A stretch of 50,556 nucleotides of DNA from Octopus bimaculoides. Its lineage: Eukaryota. The position numbers and the translations under genes were made by a program. Location of the stretch: NCBI RefSeq assembly GCF_001194135.2, contig NC_068987.1:61513871-61564426 (forward strand), read 5' to 3'. The notes beneath the pieces are model-generated. The model searched no databases, had not been told where the DNA came from, and saw only the letters and a program-made list of their open reading frames with translations. The first letter of the stretch is position 1. Every line of letters begins with the position of its first letter. Of this stretch, positions 39,711 through 48,698 are shown in pieces.

Positions 39711-40780
39711 TGTAGTGAAACCAACTCTCGGTTATTTATTTACAAACGCGAACGTAGCAGGTAACATCTATCTCTTTCCCGCCTTTGGACCCTGTTGTGT
39801 CATCACCTGACTGACTCTTATTTGCACGGCAATTGTCTCCAGTCCTGTTCGCGCCAGGGTGCAAACCGACCAATCGTGGCCATCTAATAAGGTCACGTGA
39901 GAGAGTGTTTTTCTGATCTTTCTGGAGCCTCTATTTACCTATAAATAGCCTGCTTTAACCCGCGCCACTTTGTCGCGGCTTCAGATCTCTCACAGGTCTG
40001 GTCACTGACCACACACGTCTTCGAATTCAGATCTCTCACAGGTCTGGTCGTTGACCACACACATACAGAACACAGCTACAGCCAGTTCCAGCGCCGACGT
40101 CTTCACCACCAATGCACTGTCTACCATTGTCGTCACCAGCAACACCAACATCAAAAAGAGCGGTTTTATCTTGACGCTGTTGAGTGGATTGTTTCCACCC
40201 ACGAATAACAGTCAGAACTAACCAGCCAGAATATACTATACCAGGTAACACAGGTCCCAGCATTCAACGCTCAACACCCATAGTGTGATACTACAGTTCT
40301 GCTCCCTGACCACAACTTCCTGCGTATGAACATTCTATCTCCTTGTGTAACTTTAATACGAACTGGTTTTTCTCTATAGACACTCTTTCTATGTTCTGTG
40401 TTACTTTCTCTCACACACACACTTGTACACACACATATTGTACACACACTATTGCTTATATGACTGTCCGTCACTTCACATTGTTGTATACCTTCTCTTG
40501 TATCAAAAGGCCTGATTTATCTACTGTGTTAATTGTATATGTCGCATGCACGCACACACAGACAGTTTCACTTTGTTAATAAATTTATTCTCATTATATA
40601 TTTAACAGTTGAGTTGTCCTAAGTTCTTATTACTGGCACTATGGCTCGTATTCTCTTACGAGGAGCCTTCTTCTATTATATATATCTTTATTTTTGTGTT
40701 CGACCGTGCGATATGGTAAAAAGGAGCCTTTTCCCGTCTACGTTGCCATCTCCTTTGGTTCACATGGTCGAAGTATTACA
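39711..40780 (+). mobile_element. Solo-LTR-like element (1070 bp) in R3HDM4 intron 1, antisense to the gene
   Basis: TGTAGT...ATTACA termini; 4-bp TSD caca (weak, because the context is CA-rich); TATAAATA at 39940; AATAAA at 40578; CpG-rich; internal 46-bp duplication at 39980-40062. Confidence 0.72.
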
Positions 40781-40974
40781 CACACATCCTTAACATAGCA
40801 AAGACAGCATCTCAAAAACTGATCTTTCACTTCAGAACCAGAAAATACTTCAGTCCCTTCCTTCCACACCCAAATTCCTAACCCTCTACAAATCTCAGGT
40901 GAGACTCACAGTAGAGAACTGATCCTATATCTGGGATGGTACTGTTGTTATACATACAGAGAGACATCCTAGAC

Positions 40975-41236
40975 CAGTGGTTCTCAACTGGGGTCCATAT
41001 GGGCCTGGGAAGGTGGGGTCCATATAAGTTTTTGTTGAGAAAATTTATGTGCAACAAATTGGTTTTTACTTCTTCAATACACAAAATATTTAAACTTTTT
41101 TCTTTATGCAATACCTAATAATATGTAAATATAAAAATAGAATAGGATTTTTTAAATATTGAATGACTATGAAGATCCACCTGAATACAATGGGAATCAA
41201 AAGAGTCCATAGATAAGAAGTGGTTGAGAACCGATG
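40975..41236 (+). mobile_element. hAT/Charlie-type MITE
   Basis: TIR cagtggttctcaac / gttgagaaccgatg; 8-bp TSD tcctagac / tcctggac. Confidence 0.85.
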
Positions 41237-41465
41237 TCCTGGACCAAATCCAGAGAAAGGTCACCTAATTGGGATGAAATCACTCACAAAAACATTTCTA
41301 ACTCTAGCGCTGTCACCTCTTTGTCTTTTCTACTGCTACTACAGTGGTCTATGCTCTCCTACAGCCAGCTGATTTTGTGTCACTTCCACTTAGTTACACA
41401 CAACTCACTCTCCTCTTCCCATCACCTATGTATTATGAATCATATTGTGTTCATCACCACACAGT

Positions 41466-41845
41466 GGGGGCGCAATGGCCCAGTGGTTAGGGCAGTGGAC
41501 TCGCGGTCATAGGATCGCTGTTTCGATTCCCAGACCGGGCGTTGTGAGTGTTTATTGAGCGAAAACTCCTAAAAGCTCCACGAAGCTCCAGCAGGGGATG
41601 GTGGCGAACCCTGATGTACTCTTTCACTACAACTTTCTCTCACTCTTACTTCCTGTTTCTGTTGTGCCTATAATTCAAAGGGTCAGCCTTGTCACACTGT
41701 GTCACGCTGAATATCCCCGAGAACTACGTTAAGGGTACACGTGTCTGTGGAGCGCTCAGCCACTTGCACGTTAATTTCACGAGCAGGCTGTTCTGTTGAT
41801 CGGATCAACTGGAACCCTCGACGTCGTAAGCGACGGAGTGCCAAC
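41466..41845 (+). mobile_element. tRNA-derived SINE family E, young copy
   Basis: Head tggcccagtggttagg...gtttcgattccc; partial TSD tcatcacca. The 3' part is the inverse of an older copy at about 15622-15945. Confidence 0.85.
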
Positions 41846-42449
41846 GATCATCACCAAACCACTACCACAAAAACCTCAACATTCTGACTTTCGTTCCCAG
41901 AACATCAATTCCTCTGTAATTGCTTCCAGGTATGTCTTCTTCCGAAGTTATCTACTTGGAATAGTTTGAGTGGAAAGTAATCGGTATATGTTTCAAAAGA
42001 TATGGACCCAGCTCCTTCCTCCAGATCAAAACAATTAAAAAAAATTTCCCTCCAATCGCAACCTAATATATTAAAACAAAAAAGACACACTAGATATGTT
42101 CCTAGATACACTATTTCTCAAATAAATAAATAAACGACTCGCCAAGGTTGGAATACATTTGCTCGATCAGTGCTGACCTGGAGTTAAAGAACAACAATCC
42201 ACTATCCTAAAATACAGTTTATAAAACGGATCAGTTACAGTGGTCAGACACTAGGCCTGTATGTTTGGGCAAGGCCATTATTAGTGGCGAGTCAGGTAGG
42301 GTTTTGTGTTCAACTTGAGGGAATGCATAAATTATTTATTAGTAAACCGCACAATTATATAAGTTCGTACATACCCTAATAATCTTTTATTTGTTGTTTA
42401 TAAGCATAACGCAATCACAACGAAAGCAAGTGAAGCTGATAGCATAACT

Positions 42450-42800
42450 ACTCAAGAAGCAGCCAAACCTCCTTCCATATCACAGCCTACCATATGACAA
42501 AAGAAAGAAAATACTGGACAATGCAGTTTAAGATATACTGTGTCCGTAAGATGGCGGCAAGACAGTCATGATAGGAACGTCTTTGATCATAGGTTTGCGC
42601 TATCAGAGATGACAAGGGGCTAAAGAACAACAGTCCCTTTATGTTTAGAGTTCAAATCCCGTCGATAGTCGATAAAATAAGCATTAGTTAGCTCTGATCG
42701 AAGAGACCTATGATCAGAGGCATTCCAGCTATGACCATCTCATCTTAGATTATTTTTCTAGGTGTGGTGTATATTGGTCAATATTATCCAATCTATATTT
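42450..42800. repeat. Dispersed repeat family F (two opposed fragments); also at about 19785, 20260, 29330, 30530/31730, 36150 and 42120
   Basis: Shared motifs gacctatgatcaaaggcattccagc and gatttggctgctatttctagc. Confidence 0.65.
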
Positions 42801-44069
42801 CCTTCTTCCTTTTTTTTAGCACAAGATTAAATCGTCCACACCTCGTCCTCATATCAATCAATTTGTGGCCTTGTCCCTAAGAATTTAAAATTATTTTTTA
42901 AAAATTATGAAAAAAAAGGTATGGGTTAAAGTAAGGTTAAGAAGTTCACTTATTAGTGGTTGTCTATGCAAGGTGTTAATTTGCAATCACACTAACTTGA
43001 TACAATAATAGGGTTTATCTGCAGTTTAAATATTCTTCGAAGTCACTATCAACGTTTTCCTTGCTGAAGTCAAAATGTACTCAAATAAAAAGTATCGAAT
43101 AACGCTTCAGTACAATGTTCGTTTATTATTATTATTATTTTATTTATAACTTGAAATAAAACTAAACACACACATATGTGTGTGTATATGATGGACTCTC
43201 CCGTCGGTTTCAACAACCAACACTTTCTTTATATTTGTGTGTGTGTGAGAGAGAGATGGGGATATACCCACATATAAATACATACATAAACACGAGCTAT
43301 GTATGTAAACAAATTTACATCTACATAAAATTTTCGCAAGAGAAGCAAGAATATCGATTCATAAAACAGAATTCTACAGACTATACACACACACACGCTT
43401 ATATAAATGCTCGTAAAATTTCCATAAATACATTGCAATATATTGGAAAAAGCAAAAAGAAAAAAAAAATTCAGTGATCACGCAAGAAGAACAGCTGTTG
43501 ACACATTAAATAGGAGTAACTGACACAGAATTTGACAGAATAAAGAAATGGGAAGACAAATATACAAAACAAAATACAATTAGACCCAAATATATGAATA
43601 TAAGAGAAACACGGATTGCAACTTAGTGTTTCAATCGATGTTAAAAGCTGTCGAATCCAGGGCTTGTTTTAAATGCGAGGTGAGTCATCGAACATATAAC
43701 AAATAACTATGTTGTGAAATATAAGACGAGTACTCTGGGTCAATTCTTCCTAGGTAACAGACTTTGATGAAGAATAAATGAAAATAATTGAATTCGTGGC
43801 ATTAATACATAGGAATAACAGAGTTTTATGAGTGTGCGTTTGTCCTTCCTAGACATCCACAAATGCATGGAAAAAAGGAAGGGAGTAGGAAAAGATAGAA
43901 TAAATAAATAAATATCTGTGTCAATATTGATGCTACCATGTTTACAATGTAAAATGTATTCGAACCAATTAAGAAACAGAGAGAGAAAACAATATTTTAG
44001 TGAAAGAATTATAAAAAATAACGATATTATTTCAGCAGCGAATTTTAAAACAGAGATAGTTTAGCTTAC

Positions 44070-44134
44070 ACCAAGTCATCTTCGATAATCTCAGGGTCGT
44101 AATAATCCCTGTTACTATCACGGTTGATACCCAT
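44070..44134 (-). CDS. R3HDM4: R3HDM4 coding exon 1 (MGINRDSNRDYYDPEIIEDDL/V), 65 nt, ends phase 2
   Basis: ATG at 44134 with an in-frame upstream TGA; donor GT|GTAAGC; phase 2 matches exon 2; NRF1 motif and CpG-rich DNA just upstream. The sequence itself is not recognisably conserved, so the assignment rests on phase and context. Confidence 0.7.
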
Positions 44135-44186
44135 TCTGGATGAACCTTGTCAGACAACTGCCATTAACACATCAACAACTATACAC

Positions 44187-44198
44187 TGCGCATGCGCG
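44187..44198. promoter_or_regulatory. NRF1/EWG-type palindromic site TGCGCATGCGCG in the putative R3HDM4 promoter
   Basis: Core palindrome GCGCATGCGC at 44188-44197, about 55 bp upstream of the ATG. Confidence 0.6.
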
Positions 44199-44381
44199 CA
44201 CACAACAACGGGGGATAATTCACTTCAACCTCCACAGAAAGACACTCAAGAAGAAAGGGTCACATTGACATTCAAATTTCTTTTCTTTTCTCTTTCTACT
44301 AAAGGAACAATGTCTGAAATTTTCTTGGGTAGGAGAGTTAGTCGATTACATCGACCTCATTGCTCAGCTGGTACTTATTTT

Positions 44382-44976
44382 GGCATACTTTGTGTGTGAC
44401 AAAATTCTTTCCTCATAACTTTAGAAAATGGATAATTTTTTTAGTGAAATTTTCTACAAATTCCTCTCAGATTGTGTAGATTATGATGATATCGGAATTT
44501 AATGTGAAAAAAAAAATTGGTGGGCACACACTCATACATACTGACATACATCACATTTATGTATATATCTACAAAATAAAACGAAAAATTTCGAAAAAGA
44601 TTGTGACGTGTCAGTATCTATGTGTGCGCAACAAGTTTTTTGGGTTTTTTTTTTTNNNNNNNNNNGGTTTTTTTTTTTATTTCATATTAAATTCCGATAT
44701 AATCGAAATCTACACAATATGACAAGTATTTGTGAAAAATGTCATTAAAAAACACTCATTTTTCTGGAAGATGTGCTGAAACAAAGTTGACTCGTGAAAA
44801 TTATCTGAAACTCATCTTCACCCATCTCCGAAAAAGTTTTCCACAGCAAATTTCGATATAATCGGAATCTGCATTATCTGAAATGTATTTGTAGAAAATG
44901 CCATTAAAACTCCCTATTTTTCTGAAAGTTATGAGGAAACAAAATCGGTAGGAGGGGAAACACGAGTAGGCATACC
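44382..44976. mobile_element. Foldback/MULE-like insertion with long imperfect inverted repeats, splitting a family A SINE
   Basis: 8-bp TSD cttatttt (44374-44381 and 44977-44984); about 44400-44510 is the inverse of about 44850-44945; an extra subunit lies at about 44685-44800. Confidence 0.65.
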
Positions 44977-45457
44977 CTTATTTTATCGACCCCAAAAGGA
45001 TGAAAAGCAAAGTCAACCTCGGTGCAATTTCAATTCAGAGCGTAAGGCTGAAAGAAGTGTCACGACGCATTTTATTCCCTGTGCTAATGATTCTGCCAGC
45101 TCGGTTGTTGCTCGTTAGAGGGAGAATGTGCTATTTGTATCACATCACAGAAGCAAAGCAACGATTTGCATGATGCAATAACGTATTTTTTNNNNNNNNN
45201 NNNNNNNNNNNNNNNNNNNNNNNNNNNNNNNNNNNNNNNNNNNNNNNNNNNNNNNNNNNNNNNNNNNNNNNNNNNNNNNNNNNNNNNNNNNNNNNNNNNN
45301 NNNNNNNNGATTTTTGCCAATTTTTTTTGCAGATTCGTATTCCTCGTAGCCGAGAACCGGGGCTTGTGTCGAAAACAAAGGAAATAATTATAAAGAAAGG
45401 GTGTTTTGGTGGTGTGGGTGGACGGGCAGAAGTCTTGCCATACACAGGAAAAGGTTG

Positions 45458-45501
45458 ACAGTGACTCCGAAGTTTCGGCTTGCTCGCCATCATCGAACTG
45501 C
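45458..45501 (-). ncRNA. Minimal type I hammerhead-ribozyme-like motif, copy 1 (Penelope-type)
   Basis: GCAGU UCGAUGA U GGC-GAGCAA-GCC GAA ACU-UCGG-AGU C ACUGU: stems I, II and III all pair, with GAAA and a GUC cleavage triplet. The core reads UCGAUGA rather than CUGAUGA. Confidence 0.6.
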
Positions 45502-45567
45502 TGGTTTATAGACAGGCATCTCAAAAGTAAATAGACGTTATTTTTTGCCATACAAAGGAAAAGGTTG

Positions 45568-45611
45568 ACAGTGACTCCGAAGTTTCGGCTTACTCGCCAT
45601 CATCGAACTGC
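45568..45611 (-). ncRNA. Minimal type I hammerhead-ribozyme-like motif, copy 2
   Basis: Identical to copy 1 except loop II (GAGUAA); 110-bp period. Confidence 0.6.
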
Positions 45612-48444
45612 TGAATTATATAGACAGGCATCTCAAAAGTAAATAGACATTATTTTTTGAAAACTTTTATTTCTAGAAGCAATGCGTTTAAATACTTAAT
45701 CTATTATTTAGTAGACCTGTTTTGTGTATAATACATTAACAAACTTTGAAACACCAGGTAATGTCCGCAAATATAAAGCAGCATAATGAGTGGTGTCTCT
45801 ACTTTTGAGATATTTCTGTATACGTATGTATGTTGTGCCTTATACATACATACATACACACATATATATAATATATATACATACATACACACACCTTTTC
45901 CTCGACTTACGACCACAAAAAAAAATAACTAATTAAAAAATCGATTTTTGGACGTTGAGTTTTGTCTACTGTCCCTACTCGTCTATCCAGAGAGGTACAT
46001 TTTCTTTTTCTCTCCTTGTTGTTTGTATATTGGAACGATAAAATAAAGAGCATTTTCAACTATCATTTTCTTCTGTCATTTATTGCATAGACTTCAAAAA
46101 CAATCGACTGAACCATTATGTTCTTTGTGACCTGACATCTACCATACATCTTTGACGACAACAACGTTTAAAAAACCAAACATGCACTCTTTTCAAGTTG
46201 CCAACCATCAACATATAAACTGTTGCATTTCTGGTGAAGACGACGTGCAAACAGCAGCACGTATTTAATTACACACACACACAACTAGTGAAAATGTTGC
46301 AAGTCACAATGAAAATTTTAGTAAAAAAAATAACAAGTAAATGAGTGGAAAACAGACCGGTGAATGTGTTAAATTAATAAGACACTAAAAGAGAATGACT
46401 CAACACACGAATTCACATAAAGAATCTTGCAAACCACATACAAAAACGAAGTGCAGTGTTTCTTTTCTGGTTTTGTAAGTGTTGTGAATGAGAAAGGAAA
46501 CAGAGATGCTGGGTGCTCTGAACTAGGTAAATTTACTCTATGTGCAACGTGACCGAAACGAAGTCGTACAGGTGATTAAGCGATGGTACAGAAAACACGT
46601 TCTCTTTTTTGTGTGTGTGTGTTTGTGTGAAAATGCCACGAGAAAGTAGCAACGATATTAGGTCTGTTCAAGTTAAGCTGGGAAGCGAGTTCCAATGCAG
46701 TCGACAGGTAATGTAATGTATTGTGAACTCTCGCGAGGTGCAGCACCGAACGTGGGTAGTGTTGGGAATTAGAGCTAACTTGACACAGACCGAAAAAAAT
46801 CGCAGGCTGCATATGTGTAATAGGATGTATGCACGTTGTTTACGCCAAAAAGAGAAAAGTGCAGCAAAATTTAAGTAACCTGAGGAAACTGCAAACATTT
46901 ATAGGAAAGTGGGTTATACATCATTAGATGTACACCTGACTTTCCTATATTAAATTAGAAATTAACGGCAACGCTGAACTCCAGACTATCAACACAAACA
47001 ATATTTATTCATGGTGGAAAATATACATCTTTAATCTTGTTTGTTGAGACGTCTTCGGTGTGTGAGAACATGGTTGTTGGGACGTTGGTATATTGATGTG
47101 AGCTGTATAGCGTGAGTTCGAAAGATGGAGAGACAACTAGANNNNNNNNNNNNNNNNNNNNNNNNNNNNNNNNNNNNNNNNNNNNNNNNNNNNNNNNNNN
47201 NNNNNNNNNNNNNNNNNNNNNNNNNNNNNNNNNNNNNNNNNNNNNNNNNNNNNNNNNNNNNNNNNNNNNNNNNNNNNNNNNNNNNNNNNNNNNNNNNNNN
47301 NNNNNNNNNNNNNNNNNNNNNNNNNNNNNNNNNNNNNNNNNNNNNNNNNNNNNNNNNNNNNNNNNNNNNNNNNNNNNNNNNNNNNNNNNNNNNNNNNNNN
47401 NNNNNNNNNNNNNNNNNNNNNNNNNNNNNNNNNNNNNNNNNNNNNNNNNNNNNNNNNNNNNNNNNNNNNNNNNNNNNNNNNNNNNNNNAAACATGCAATA
47501 TGGTGTGTCCCTGGTGGTGGGGTTGTTGGCGCACGACATTGTGGTAGACAGTACATTGATGGAGAAGACGTCGGCGCAGGAACTGTAATATAGCTGTAGC
47601 TGTGTTCTGTATGTGTGGTGGTAATGATGTTGACGGTGGTAATGATGTCCTGTTGAAACAGTTGGCGACGTCGGGGGAATGCTTGTAGTTGGTAGTGGTT
47701 GTTGTTGTCGTCGCGGTGGTAATCTTGGTTGAACGAAGCTGGTGGCGAAAAGGCTGCTTGGTGATGATGGTGTTTGAAGAGGTACGCTTTTACAGACGGT
47801 CGACAGAAAAACTCTGTACGACCATTAGCGTTGACCTTGATGAGATTTTCTTAACCCAAGATGAAAGAACGACCGTGCGAACTCAAAAAGGAGAAATGGT
47901 GACGAATGGAAAAACAGAGGACTCCTTTTATTTAAACGTGTCACACGGTCGAACACAAAATAATATATCAAAGATGATATACAAATAATTATGTTATACT
48001 ACGATAACATAAATAGCCNNNNNNNNNNNNNNNNNNNNNNNNNNNNNNNNNNNNNNNNNNNNNNNNNNNNNNNNNNNNNNNNNNNNNNNNNNNNNNNNNN
48101 NNNNNNNNNNNNNNNNNNNNNNNNNNNNNNNNNNNNNNNNNNNNNNNNNNNNNNNNNNNNNNNNNNNNNNNNNNNNNNNNNNNNNNNNNNNNNNNNNNNN
48201 NNNNNNNNNNNNNNNNNNNNNNNNNNNNNNNNNNNNNNNNNGTCAGTACACGTGAGAGTTTTATACCAAGTTCTTGAGTACACAATTGGAAGTATCGCAG
48301 GCTGTAATTCTTGTCTGTTTATTATCGTGGTGAAGCTAAGTCACCTAACAGAATCGAAGAGAGAGATTTGTCGCGGTGGTTTAGTTCGGTGTACATAGTA
48401 AGTCGTGTTGACTATGGTTGGAGATGTCGGTGGTCATCGTTGCT

Positions 48445-48620
48445 TGGTAGTTCAGTCTCCATGGCCGCATTTGTTCTTTAGTCGGGGTCACCAGTTATAG
48501 GTTGGTAGTCCAGAATCCATGGCCGCGTTTGTTTCTTAGTCGGGGTCACCACTTTATAGGTTGGTAGTCCAGAATCCATGGCCGCGTTTTATCTTAGTCA
48601 GGGTCACCACTTTATAGGAA
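48445..48620. repeat. 58-bp tandem repeat x3, each unit carrying a 13-nt PBS and the LTR end
   Basis: gtcggggtcacca at 48481, 48539 and 48597 (the last is gtcagggtcacca), each followed after 2 nt by ttatagg. Confidence 0.92.
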
Positions 48621-48666
48621 AGTTGGTTATCAGTTATATAGAAATAGTTGTTATTGTAGCTCAGCG

Positions 48667-48698
48667 GGCTGCGTGTTTGAATCACGTCGGGGTCACCA
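48667..48698 (-). promoter_or_regulatory. Primer-binding site complementary to the tRNA-Trp 3' end (32 nt including CCA)
   Basis: Plus strand ggctgcgtgtttgaatcacgtcggggtcacca equals the eukaryotic tRNA-Trp 3' half plus CCA with 1 mismatch, 2 nt from the LTR end. Confidence 0.88.

Larger units (their letters stand above)
45436..45659. repeat. 110-bp tandem duplication carrying the two hammerhead-like motifs
   Basis: Units start tgccatac at 45436 and 45546 and are nearly identical. Confidence 0.95.

Noticed and set aside
41466-41540. tRNA-like heads (also at 2006, 6385 and 26134)
   Set aside because: They continue into SINE bodies and lack a full cloverleaf, so they are not tRNA genes.
41905-42111. 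Signal-peptide-like ORF MYLGTYLVCLFCF...
   Set aside because: Non-ATG start, no good donor, and a stop in the phase required after exon 1.
42548-42558. YY1-like AAGATGGCGGC
   Set aside because: It lies within a diverged family F repeat (consensus aagatgggatgg) and on the wrong strand.
48445-48620. CRISPR-like appearance of the spaced repeats
   Set aside because: The 'spacers' are near-identical, so this is a plain tandem repeat; the context is eukaryotic and no cas genes are present.
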